Shown here: positions 16,202 through 24,763 of the stretch, piece after piece
Layout of the letters: each line of letters starts with the position of its first letter
Position numbering within the stretch: the stretch's first letter is position 1
Assembly (NCBI GenBank): GCA_003484235.1
Contig: DNDP01000293.1
Coordinates: 18,474-59,745, forward strand
Length of the DNA stretch: 41,272 nt
Direction of reading: 5' to 3'
Origin: Verrucomicrobiales bacterium
GTDB lineage: Bacteria; Verrucomicrobiota; Verrucomicrobiia; Limisphaerales; RI-55
Position numbers and translations under genes: made by a program
The notes under the pieces: model-generated
Seen by the model: the letters and a program-made list of their open reading frames with translations, nothing else
Databases searched by the model: none
What the model was told of the DNA's origin: nothing

Positions 16202-17392
16202 TCACCGGTTGAAGTACGTTGAAGTCGGAATCGCTCCGTCGCCCGTTGGTTCCCCCTCGATCAACCAGGCGAGGTTGAAGCGCGCCACCTTGGAGCCCTT
16301 GCCGCTCTCGAAGTGCAGGAAGATCCATCCCTCGCTGGCGGTGCCCGGCCGGCCGGCGGTCAGCGCTGAGTAAGCGCTGGGGCCCTCGTGGACGAGGCGC
16401 TTGACGGGCCAGGTGCGGCCGCCGTCGAAGCTGGCCCAGACGGTGGCGCGTTCGCGGTTGGGAGTCGTCGTGTCGATGTTCGAGAAGATCAGGATGTCGC
16501 GGTTGGCGACGGGCAGCCGTGTCAGCCCGCCCATCAAACCATAGGAACGATGCTGATCACCATCCGGCAGGATCTCGACAACCCACCAGTCCTTCCACGT
16601 CCGCCCGCCGTCCTCGCTCGAGGCTGCCCGCCGGCGGGGGTTCTTCGGGCGCTGATCCCAGTGCACCCGTGAATTGTAGTAGAGCCGGCCGTTGGCAAGC
16701 TCGACGATGCAGGCCTCGCCGGTGCCGTTCTCAGGGAAAGGTTCGCTGTTCTGCCAGGTCCGGCCACCGTCGTCGCTGAAGATGGCGTTGGTGTAGTGGT
16801 CCGGCCAGGCGGTGCGGTGATTCGTCGCGCCATAGTAGCGCGAGGGGCGGATGAGTCTTCCCTTGTGTTCGCCGTGCAGCAGGGTGATGCCCTTCTCGTT
16901 CATGTGCATCGACGGCAGGTGACCGAGGCTGTTCGGTTTCACGACGAACTCCTCCTGCGCCCAGGTGCGCCCGTCGTCGCGACTGCGGTACTGGGCGACC
17001 GGCGCGGGTGGATGCTTCTCCTCGACGAAGACGAGAATGTCGCCGGTCGTTTCATCGACCGTCGTCCCGCCGCCATGAAAGCCCGGCTTCACGATCGTGA
17101 TTGCAGGTTGCCACGTCTTGCCGCCGTCCTCGCTGCGGCGGACGCGGATGTCCTCGCTGCCCCACGTGGCCAGCAGTGTGCCTTTGGTGGTGACAACGAT
17201 GTTGGGGAACCGCTCGTCGGGAAACAGGGGTCGAAGTTCGAACGCGGCCTCACCAAGGAACGACGCAGGGGATCCTTCCGCATTTGCCGCACCGCATCTA
17301 CCCGGCGCAACGAGGACAAGCCCGGCCAACAGCAGGAGCGCAAAGCGGCACGCGGAATGGGTTGGTGACCCGGATGAGAATGGCAACTTCAT
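16202..17392 (-). CDS. Exo-alpha-sialidase (BNR/Asp-box beta-propeller, GH33-like), secreted
   Basis: ATG 17392 (MKLPFSSGSPTHSACRFALLLLAGLVLVAPG, signal peptide). Five Asp-boxes are present: SEDGGKTW, SRDDGRTW, SDDGGRTW, SEDGGRTW, SFDGGRTW. There is an RIP-like motif (ERFPNIVV). The remainder of listed ORF 16202-18373 is antisense to the next gene and is rejected. Confidence 0.9.
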   Translation of the reverse strand: MKLPFSSGSPTHSACRFALLLLAGLVLVAPGRCGAANAEGSPASFLGEAAFELRPLFPDERFPNIVVTTKGTLLATWGSEDIRVRRSEDGGKTWQPAITIVKPGFHGGGTTVDETTGDILVFVEEKHPPAPVAQYRSRDDGRTWAQEEFVVKPNSLGHLPSMHMNEKGITLLHGEHKGRLIRPSRYYGATNHRTAWPDHYTNAIFSDDGGRTWQNSEPFPENGTGEACIVELANGRLYYNSRVHWDQRPKNPRRRAASSEDGGRTWKDWWVVEILPDGDQHRSYGLMGGLTRLPVANRDILIFSNIDTTTPNRERATVWASFDGGRTWPVKRLVHEGPSAYSALTAGRPGTASEGWIFLHFESGKGSKVARFNLAWLIEGEPTGDGAIPTSTYFNR

Positions 17393-17591
17393 GGAAACGG
17401 AGGAACTGTAGAGGCGACGAACGAATGCGGCCAGCCGGAATGAGGACTGCAACGAGCTTTCCCAAGTGTGGCAGTTCAGGTAAGGATCGCTCCGCCAGTG
17501 CGCAGTTGGAACCTGGCGGCAGCAGTCAGCCGAGCCTTCGGGTCTGCGACGGACCCGGCTTTGGCCTGAGGCTGCCTCAACACTTGAGACC

Positions 17592-19400
17592 ATGAGAAAC
17601 GATTCCTCCGCCCACGAGAAAACCGAAAGTCCCGGCACCTCGCGACCATCAACCGGTGCACATCGGCCGTTGCGGGTCTGGCCCGCGCTGGTCCTGGTGG
17701 CGCTGATGGCGGTCATGCGCTTCGGGCCGGGGTTGATGGAAGATGGCCGCTCGACCCTGTGGATGGTCGTGGTTTTCGGACCGATGCTCTGCAGCCTGCT
17801 CCTGCTTATCTGGTGGCTGGCGGCCAGCCGCGCCACCGGCCGCGAGCGGTTGCTTGGTTTCCTGGGGCTGATTGGGGTGATCATAGGCGTCACTTTTCTC
17901 CTACACCCCACCATGATCGGGCCCGGGATGTCGTACCTGATGATCCCCATGGGCATGGCCGCTTTTGCGCTGGGCGCCGCAGTTCTGGCGCGTCGGCGAC
18001 CCCTGGCGCGCACGGGTGTTCCGCTGGTGCTCACATTGGCTGGGTGCTCGATTTCGCTCCTTTTCCGCAACGACGGCATGACCGGAAATTTCGGGATGGA
18101 CCTGCACTGGCGTTGGACGCCCACGGCCGAGGAGCAGCTGCTCGCCAGCCTGGACGCCGGATCGCGGAAGGCGCCGCTGGTTTCCACGCCCGCGCCGGGG
18201 GAGGTTCCCGGCGAAGCCGACTGGCCGGGCTTTCGTGGGCCGAACAGGAATGGGCGTTCAGCGGGGCCGGTCGTCGCCACCGACTGGGCTGCACGGCCGC
18301 CGGAATTGTTGTGGAAGGTCCGCGTCGGGCCGGGGTGGTCCTCGTTTGCGGTCGCCGGCGATCGGTTGTTCACCCAGGAACAGCGCGGCCCCGACGAAAT
18401 GATCGTGTGCTATTCAGCCACCGACGGACGCGAGCTTTGGACCCGTGGTCTCGAATTGCGGTTTGACGAGCCGCTGGGCGGCCCCGGACCGCGCGCCACG
18501 CCCACACTGGTGAACGGTGCCCTGTTTGTCACGGGCGCCACGGGGATGCTGATGCGCCTTGATCCGGCCTCCGGCGAAATTCTCTGGCAGCAGGACATGC
18601 GCGAGGTCGCCGGGCGCGACCTGCCGATGTGGGGCTTCGCCGCCTCACCGCTGGTGGCCGGACCGGTGGTGGTCGTTCATGCCGGAGGTTCCGGAGACAA
18701 GGGAGTCCTGGCGTTCGACGTGGAGTCCGGCCAGCTGCGCTGGTCGGCCGCCGCGGGGGATCACTCCTACAGCTCGCCGCAGCTGGAAACCGTCGCCGGC
18801 GAACCGACGGTGCTGATGCTGTCCAATGAAGGGCTGCGCTTGCTGAATCCGGAGACAGGAGCCGAGCGGCTGAACTACGAATGGAAGTTCGCCGGCTATC
18901 GGGCACTCCAGCCGCACGTCCTGGATGACGAAACGATTCTTCTGCCGACCGGTCCCAACCTGGGAACCCGCGCCATCCGGGTGTCGAAGACCGGCGATGG
19001 TTTGACCGCCGAGGAATTGTGGACCTCCCGCAACCTGAAGCCGGATTTCAGCGACTTCGTGGTGTTTGAAGGCAACGCCTACGGATTCGACGGCGGGATC
19101 TTCGCGTGCGTGGATCTGGGCACGGGCGAACGGAAGTGGAAGGGCGGGCGCTACGGAAAGGGGCAGGTGTTGCTGCTGGAAAGTTCGGGCCTGCTGCTGA
19201 TCGCCTCCGAGCGGGGCGAGGCCGTCCTCGTCCGCGCCGATCCCGCCGATCATGTCGAGGTCGCCCGCTTCCAGGCCCTGGAGGGAAAGACCTGGAACCA
19301 TCCAGTGGTCGTGGGCGACCGGCTTTACCTCCGCAACGCCGAGGAAGCCGCGGGTTATCGTCTCCCGCTCGCGAAGGCGGCGTCCGCCGTACTTCAGTAG
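17592..19400 (+). CDS. Polytopic membrane-anchored PQQ-like (BamB-type) beta-propeller repeat protein
   Basis: The N-terminal ~170 aa contain several hydrophobic helices. They are followed by DWPGFRGPNRNGRS and repeated propeller blades (LFTQEQRG.., ALFVTGATGMLMRLD..SGEILW, VVVHAGGSGDKGVLAFDVESGQLRW, DRLYLRN) typical of PQQ-like repeat proteins. Confidence 0.8.
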   Translation: MRNDSSAHEKTESPGTSRPSTGAHRPLRVWPALVLVALMAVMRFGPGLMEDGRSTLWMVVVFGPMLCSLLLLIWWLAASRATGRERLLGFLGLIGVIIGVTFLLHPTMIGPGMSYLMIPMGMAAFALGAAVLARRRPLARTGVPLVLTLAGCSISLLFRNDGMTGNFGMDLHWRWTPTAEEQLLASLDAGSRKAPLVSTPAPGEVPGEADWPGFRGPNRNGRSAGPVVATDWAARPPELLWKVRVGPGWSSFAVAGDRLFTQEQRGPDEMIVCYSATDGRELWTRGLELRFDEPLGGPGPRATPTLVNGALFVTGATGMLMRLDPASGEILWQQDMREVAGRDLPMWGFAASPLVAGPVVVVHAGGSGDKGVLAFDVESGQLRWSAAAGDHSYSSPQLETVAGEPTVLMLSNEGLRLLNPETGAERLNYEWKFAGYRALQPHVLDDETILLPTGPNLGTRAIRVSKTGDGLTAEELWTSRNLKPDFSDFVVFEGNAYGFDGGIFACVDLGTGERKWKGGRYGKGQVLLLESSGLLLIASERGEAVLVRADPADHVEVARFQALEGKTWNHPVVVGDRLYLRNAEEAAGYRLPLAKAASAVLQ

Positions 19401-19485
19401 ACGTGGTGCCTGCCGGACGGGCGCGATCGAAAAGTCGTCGCCTGCCGGCGCGAGTTCGGCCACCCTCCGTGCATTCCCAGTCACC

Positions 19486-20640
19486 ATGAATGATTCGAAG
19501 TCCATTCCAGATGATCCGTTCCGCGAGGCCCGCCGAAAGCACGGCGTGTTGAAGTGCCCGTTTCAGGGGGAGGAACTGCCGATGATCCTGCGTCATGCGG
19601 ATGTCCGCGCCGCCGCCCGCGACTGGCAGACCTACAGCTCGGACGCGCCGTTCCGCGTGCCGATCCCCTCCGAGGAGGAGGTCCGGACGATGCGCCAGCT
19701 GCCGGTCGAGACCAACCCGCCCGACCACACCGAGTATCGCGCGATTGTCGAGCCGTTCTTTGCCCGGCCCAAGTCCCCGGAGATGATCGCCCGGGTTGAG
19801 GCGTTGATCGACCGGATGCTGGGCGCGGCCCTGGCCGCCGATCGGATCGAGGTCGTCGGTGAATTCGCGCTCCCGATTCAGTCGCACACGCTGGCCTACC
19901 TGCTCAACGTGCCCGAGGCCGAGGCGGCGACCTGGATCAGCTGGGGCATCCATGTTTTCCGGGCGACCGGGGGCGGTTTCAAGAAGGGCAACCGGCTGGA
20001 AGAATATCTGCAGGCGCAGTTCGACCGCGCCGAGGCCAACATAGGCGACGACCTGTTCAGTGCACTGACGCGGGCGGAGTTCCGCGGCCGGAAGCTGACG
20101 CGAGAGGAGATGATGGGGTTTGCCAACCTCACGTTTGCCGGCGGGCGCGACACGATCATCCACTCGATATCGGCAATCATCGCCTACTTTGGCCGAAACC
20201 CGGGAGCGCTCGAGTTCCTGCGCGAGGATCCGAAACGGATCGTCCACGCGGGTGAGGAGTTTTTCCGCGTGTTTGCGCCGCTGACCCATCTGGGCCGGGT
20301 GTGCCCGGTGGACACCGACGTTCTCGGCGTGCCGGTGAAGGCGGACGGCCGGGTGTCGCTGGTATGGGCATCGGCGAACTTCGACGAGACGGTGTTCGAC
20401 GCACCGCACGAGATCCGGCTCGACCGGAAGCCGAATCCGCATCTCTCCTTCGGCTTCGGTCCGCATCTCTGTCTCGGAGCGGCCCATGCCCGTCTGATCG
20501 TGCGCAGCCTGCTGCAGGCGCTGGTTGACCGCGCGGGCGCGATTGCCGTACTGGCCGCGAAACCGATAGTGGAGAAGGAGGCGAGGTACGAGCGCGCCAA
20601 CGGCTACGAATCGCTCGAGGTCCGTTTCGTCGGCCGCTGA
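19486..20640 (+). CDS. Cytochrome P450 (short, 384 aa)
   Basis: ATG 19486 (MNDSKSIPDDPF); the listed ORF start at 19252 overlaps the upstream gene. I-helix AGGRDT and an ExxR motif (EEFFR) are present. Heme-thiolate loop FGFGPHLCLGAAHAR, with the Cys codon at 20470-20472. Confidence 0.92.
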   Translation: MNDSKSIPDDPFREARRKHGVLKCPFQGEELPMILRHADVRAAARDWQTYSSDAPFRVPIPSEEEVRTMRQLPVETNPPDHTEYRAIVEPFFARPKSPEMIARVEALIDRMLGAALAADRIEVVGEFALPIQSHTLAYLLNVPEAEAATWISWGIHVFRATGGGFKKGNRLEEYLQAQFDRAEANIGDDLFSALTRAEFRGRKLTREEMMGFANLTFAGGRDTIIHSISAIIAYFGRNPGALEFLREDPKRIVHAGEEFFRVFAPLTHLGRVCPVDTDVLGVPVKADGRVSLVWASANFDETVFDAPHEIRLDRKPNPHLSFGFGPHLCLGAAHARLIVRSLLQALVDRAGAIAVLAAKPIVEKEARYERANGYESLEVRFVGR

Positions 20641-20677
20641 GGGTGCAGCCGGCTTGAGTCTGACTTCGGAAGGAAAC

Positions 20678-21730
20678 TCAGTCGATGAAGACCCGCCGCA
20701 GTTGTGAATCCTCCGACAGCAGGCGGGCTACTTCCGGTAGGCAGTCGCGTTCAGACAGGACGGTGTGGAAGTCCGGCTTCAGCCGGGGCGCCCGCCGCGC
20801 CGCCGCCAGCCATTCGGACCGGACAAACGGATCGGCCTCGATGGCCCTCCAGAAACCGGTGGTGTCGAAAAGCCCGCCGATCAACTCCGTGTGCCGTCCC
20901 TGCAGGTGGCTGACAAGGTAGGTCGCCACGCCCACCTGCAGGCCGTGCAGGCGAGGCCGGGCACCCGCTTCGTCGAGAGCATGGGAGATCAGGTGTTCGC
21001 TGCCGCTGGCCGGCCGGGACGATCCGCAGATGCCCATCGCGATGCCATTCAGCATGAGTGCCGTGCCGAGCAGCCGGATCCCCTCAAGATCCCGCACGGG
21101 ATGGGCGAGGAACTGGAACACCGAGGCGTCCGACAGCAGCGCGGCAAAATCGTCGACGGGCGTTCCGCGCGCGTGAAAGGCCAGTTTCCAGTCGGTGACC
21201 GCCGTGAACTTGGCTGCCAGATCACCGACGCCGGAAAGCCAGAGTGACTCGGGTGCGGCCAGGCAGACGGCGGTGTCCAGCACCACGCCAAAGGGCATGA
21301 CCGCCGGCAGCGAGCGTCGGCGACCGTTCAGCGTCAGACTCGACTGCGGGCTGCAGAAACCGTCGTTCGAGAGGGAGCCGGGGACGGACACGAAGGGCAG
21401 CCGGGCGAGAAAGCCCGCGTATTTCGCCACGTCCAACGCTTTCCCGCCGCCGAGACCGATCACCGCCTCCGTTCCCGCAGGGAGGTTCTGGAAGAGGGAC
21501 ACCGCTTCCTCGAAGCTGGCCGACGTCACGTTGTGCGTGGCCAGCAGTTCGATGCCTTCCGTCTCCAGCGCGTTCCGAACGCGCTGTGGAAGGGTCTCCG
21601 GTAGACCTTCGCTCTGCAGCAGCACCACGCGGCGAAATCCGTGCCTGCCGGCGTAGATGCCCAACCGGTCGATGGCCCCGGGTTTGACCCGCACGAGTGT
21701 TGGGATCGCCACTTGTCGGGGAATGGTCAT
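20678..21730 (-). CDS. Fe/Zn-dependent alcohol dehydrogenase superfamily, sn-glycerol-1-phosphate dehydrogenase (EgsA/AraM)-like
   Basis: ATG 21730 (MTIPRQV) forms an ATGA overlap with the upstream stop. Motifs seen: GLGGGKALDVAKYAG, PFVSVPGSLSNDGFCSP, SGSEHLISHALD, LHGLQVGVATY. By eye these match the G1PDH branch of the family. Confidence 0.72.
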   Translation of the reverse strand: MTIPRQVAIPTLVRVKPGAIDRLGIYAGRHGFRRVVLLQSEGLPETLPQRVRNALETEGIELLATHNVTSASFEEAVSLFQNLPAGTEAVIGLGGGKALDVAKYAGFLARLPFVSVPGSLSNDGFCSPQSSLTLNGRRRSLPAVMPFGVVLDTAVCLAAPESLWLSGVGDLAAKFTAVTDWKLAFHARGTPVDDFAALLSDASVFQFLAHPVRDLEGIRLLGTALMLNGIAMGICGSSRPASGSEHLISHALDEAGARPRLHGLQVGVATYLVSHLQGRHTELIGGLFDTTGFWRAIEADPFVRSEWLAAARRAPRLKPDFHTVLSERDCLPEVARLLSEDSQLRRVFID

Positions 21731-22449
21731 GAGGCCCGCTCCTCCAACAGCCGGTCCGCAACTTCCGGCCATGCGTCAAAAGGAATGAACCGCTCGCCTG
21801 CCTTCCGCAGTTGATCCGCCAGCCAACCCCGCGCCAGCCGGCGCTCCGGCGGGACCTGCAGCGCGGGCTCCAGATCGGGACGGCCATCGCCGGCGAAGGC
21901 GACCACCGGCACGCGGCGCAGGGCATCGCGCACCACCGCGGCCTTGTCGATGCCGTTCGCCGGACTGAAGAAGGGTGAATCGACGGGTGGGGACATCTCC
22001 AGCCAGCCGGCTTCCCTGAGCCGCCCCGGTCTCGCGTGCAGTTCGAGCGTCCACCCGGCCCCGCGCAACAGCCGGCGGATGTACCAGTCGCAACCGGCGG
22101 AAGCCACCACGACCTCCCAACCGGCGCGTCGCAGGCGGGCCACGGCCGCCGGAGTTTTCGGATCGAAACCCATCCGGGCGACCAGTTGCAGCCACGCCGT
22201 TTCATCCGCCCGGACACGGGCGAAGATCTGCGCGAGGGCGTCGAAATGACTGAGACTGCCGGCGACGAAACGCTCCCACGGATCCTCACCGGCCGGAATC
22301 GGCCAGGCTTGCCGGACCAGGTTGAAGAAATCCTCGCGCGTCATCGTGCCGTCGAAGTCGGTGACCAGGATCCCCGCCGGCGCCGCCGACGTGGCGGGCC
22401 CGGTGGGCGAGACGCCCGGGCGGACGGACTGGGCGTCGCGGGAGATCAT
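21727..22449 (-). CDS. HAD-IB family phosphatase (MtnX/PSP-like)
   Basis: Motif I is LVTDFDGTMT (DxDxT). It has a cap-domain-sized insertion, ASAG (motif II-like), and AFAGDGRPD (motif IV-like GDGxxD). Confidence 0.8.
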   Translation of the reverse strand: MISRDAQSVRPGVSPTGPATSAAPAGILVTDFDGTMTREDFFNLVRQAWPIPAGEDPWERFVAGSLSHFDALAQIFARVRADETAWLQLVARMGFDPKTPAAVARLRRAGWEVVVASAGCDWYIRRLLRGAGWTLELHARPGRLREAGWLEMSPPVDSPFFSPANGIDKAAVVRDALRRVPVVAFAGDGRPDLEPALQVPPERRLARGWLADQLRKAGERFIPFDAWPEVADRLLEERAS

Positions 22450-22498
22450 TCGTGGCTGGCCAGCATTGAGGGGCAGTATTCCGGGGTTTCCGGCCGGC

Positions 22499-23311
22499 TC
22501 ACGAAGGTCTGACTGACCGGACCACGTCCTCGAGCTGTGCGGGGTCCATTTCCACCAGATGCTCGCGCTGCGGGAAGCGCCCTTCCTTCACGTCGGCGAT
22601 GTACTCGCCGAAGGCTGCGATGCGCTCGCGCTGGAGCCGGCGATGTTCCTCGAGGAAGTTTCGGTAGGCCTTCGCGTGCCGGGGCGGGCGCTCGTCGTAG
22701 TCACCCAGAATGTCGTCCGAGAAAAGGAACTGCGTGTCGCATCCGCTGCCCGAGCCCAGGGACATGAGGAGCATCTTCGTCTGCGAGCAGAGGAAGGTGG
22801 CCAGATTGTGCGGCACGCACTCCAGCTCGGCCGCGTAGGCGCCGGCGTTCTCGAGGTCCTTCATCTGGCGATGGAGCCGCTTCGCCTCGTCGGCGGTCTT
22901 GCCGATGGCTCGGTAATTCGTCCAGGTGACATGGCGCGGAACCATTCCCAGGTGCCCGACCACGGGAATCCGTTCCCGTGCCATCACCTCGATGATGAAG
23001 ACGCTGGCCGAGCAATAGACCGAGCTGGCACCCAGCTCCAGCGCGCGAAACGCCACGCGAATGGCCTCTTCGGGCGAGGCCAGACCGTGGGGCGTGGCGG
23101 CGGAGAGGAAACTGTTCGGCGCGGCAGCCACCAGCAACGGCAGACGCGCTTGGGCCTCCGGCGAATCGAAGCTGCAGCTCATCAGATCGACGCCGGCCTC
23201 CTCGGCGGCCGCGGCTTCCTCGGGCGACTTGACGTGGATGTGGGTGAGGACGCGTTTGCCCTTGAGTTGTTGCAGGTCGTAGACGGTGTAGCGCTTGCGC
23301 GGTCGGAGCAT
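22499..23311 (-). CDS. PanB (3-methyl-2-oxobutanoate hydroxymethyltransferase)-like protein, divergent
   Basis: ATG 23311 (MLRPRKRYTVYDL); the listed start 23347 is a TTG. It retains PanB-like VVGHLGMVP, ELECVP and GSGSGCDTQFLFSDDILG. The N-terminal GDS, DxPF and KxEGG regions look altered (see findings). Confidence 0.68.
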   Translation of the reverse strand: MLRPRKRYTVYDLQQLKGKRVLTHIHVKSPEEAAAAEEAGVDLMSCSFDSPEAQARLPLLVAAAPNSFLSAATPHGLASPEEAIRVAFRALELGASSVYCSASVFIIEVMARERIPVVGHLGMVPRHVTWTNYRAIGKTADEAKRLHRQMKDLENAGAYAAELECVPHNLATFLCSQTKMLLMSLGSGSGCDTQFLFSDDILGDYDERPPRHAKAYRNFLEEHRRLQRERIAAFGEYIADVKEGRFPQREHLVEMDPAQLEDVVRSVRPS

Positions 23312-23372
23312 GGCAGGGATGGTGGCAGGCGACTGTGGGTGAGGCAAACTTCAAACCGCCAACGGCGGCGGA

Positions 23373-24479
23373 TCAGTCCAGCACGACCTTATCACCGGTT
23401 CGCGCCGACTTCATGGCGGCGTCGAGGATGCGCATCACCACCAGGTTGTTCTCCAGCGATGACAGCCCCTGTGACGCATCGACCTTGCCGTGAACGGCAG
23501 CGGCCAGGTAGGCGAACGGATCATCATGTGGCGGCGCCGGGCGTGATGGCGTGAGCCGTTCGGGCTCGCGGACGTCGCGGTTCCAGACGTGGAGCGTTCC
23601 GGCGTTGGGCGCGATGATCTGACCGTCCGCGCCGTAGAGTTCCATGTCCTTGCGGCTGACCGGCCAGTTCCAGGAAGCCTGGATGATCACCTGCGCACGT
23701 GGGTACGCGAGCACGATGGTCGCGTCGTCATCCACCTTGGGGTAGCGCTCTGGTTTGAGTTGCCGGGTGACGGCCCAAACCGACTCCGGCGCAGTGCCGC
23801 CCATGAACGCGGTCGCCAGGTTCGCGCCGTAGCAGCCGAAGTCCGTCAGCGCGCCGGCTCCGTTGTCCACCGGGTCGGTCAGCCATTCGAGGAACTCGCG
23901 GTTCACGCCGATCTCCTCCGGCCCAGGATGTCCCGAGTTCACCACCAGTTTCAGAAGTTCGCCAATGCCGTTGGCGGCGGTCACGCGGCGCAATGCTTCC
24001 TGCGTGCTGGGGTACCAGGAGGTTTCGTAATTGGTGAGCAGCAGTATGTCGTGCTGGCGGGCCAGCGCGGCCATTTCCTCCGCGTGGGCCAGACTGACGG
24101 CGAGCGGCTTTTCGACCATGACGTGAATTCCGCGCGGAGCACAGACCCGCACCACCTCCAAATGTTCGCGGATGGTGCCAAACGCGCAGACGGCATCGGG
24201 GCGCACCGCCTCGATCATCGATTGGAGATCCGGGTGGAGGAGCCCGGCATCGAGCCGGTGCTGCTTGAAGTAGCGGTCGGCCAGCTCGCGGTTCGACTCG
24301 GCAACGCCCACCAATTTGACGTCGCCACGGTCCGGGCGCCCGAGCAGCCAGTGCACGTGCGTATGGGTCAGGCCGGCGATGGCGACCCGCAAAGGCGCTT
24401 CGGCCTGCGTGGCAAGCTGCGCACCCAGGATCGCTGCGAGAACTGCACCGAGCGTCAAACGTCGAAGAAAACCGTTCAT
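23373..24479 (-). CDS. Gfo/Idh/MocA family oxidoreductase with signal peptide
   Basis: ATG 24479 (MNGFLRRLTLGAVLAAILGAQLATQAEA). It has an N-terminal Rossmann region (RVAIAGLTHTHV) and the EKP motif (HVMVEKPLAVS). The upstream part of listed ORF 23373-24734 has no family-like sequence. Confidence 0.85.
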   Translation of the reverse strand: MNGFLRRLTLGAVLAAILGAQLATQAEAPLRVAIAGLTHTHVHWLLGRPDRGDVKLVGVAESNRELADRYFKQHRLDAGLLHPDLQSMIEAVRPDAVCAFGTIREHLEVVRVCAPRGIHVMVEKPLAVSLAHAEEMAALARQHDILLLTNYETSWYPSTQEALRRVTAANGIGELLKLVVNSGHPGPEEIGVNREFLEWLTDPVDNGAGALTDFGCYGANLATAFMGGTAPESVWAVTRQLKPERYPKVDDDATIVLAYPRAQVIIQASWNWPVSRKDMELYGADGQIIAPNAGTLHVWNRDVREPERLTPSRPAPPHDDPFAYLAAAVHGKVDASQGLSSLENNLVVMRILDAAMKSARTGDKVVLD

Positions 24480-24763
24480 CGGGTCTGAGCGTTGTCGGAG
24501 GTCCGTTCGGAGTCCAGCCCGTACCGTTCGGACGCCTGCGGGGCGGGAGCACGAGCGGGTTTGATGATCTGGTGCCGTGATCGGCTGGCTCCGGGTTGTC
24601 GAAGTCGTTCTGAAATGTGCCCCATACGGAGCTGGAGGATGGCAATGCAGCACTGCAGTTGTTCTCAGGGCAGCCTGTTTTAGTCGTCCCCACTGCCAAA
24701 CGACTGGCCATGGATGGGCGGCCCTGATTAGCATGGGTCTCCTTCAAGCACACGAGATCAACC

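Noticed and set aside
17393-18373. N-terminal 327-aa extension of the sialidase ORF (listed as 16202-18373)
   Set aside because: The extension is antisense to the well-supported PQQ-propeller gene and is low-complexity. The internal ATG at 17392 is followed by a good signal peptide and the complete sialidase fold.
19048-20487. 479-aa minus-strand ORF antisense to the P450 gene, and similar long antisense ORFs (e.g. 31168-32910 and 33172-34359 in the RND gene; 37634-38569 and 38092-39003 in the ABC permeases; 7265-8248; 1417-2562; 40769-41272 opposite katG)
   Set aside because: All lie opposite to, or out of frame with, genes that have strong family signatures. All have R/P/G/A-rich translations expected from stop-codon-poor GC-rich sequence.
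20678-21730. Claiming an archaeal-type ether-lipid pathway because of the G1PDH-like gene
   Set aside because: No GGGP synthase/PcrB, DGGGP synthase or CDP-archaeol synthase-like genes are present in the window. Only the dehydrogenase family assignment is supportable.
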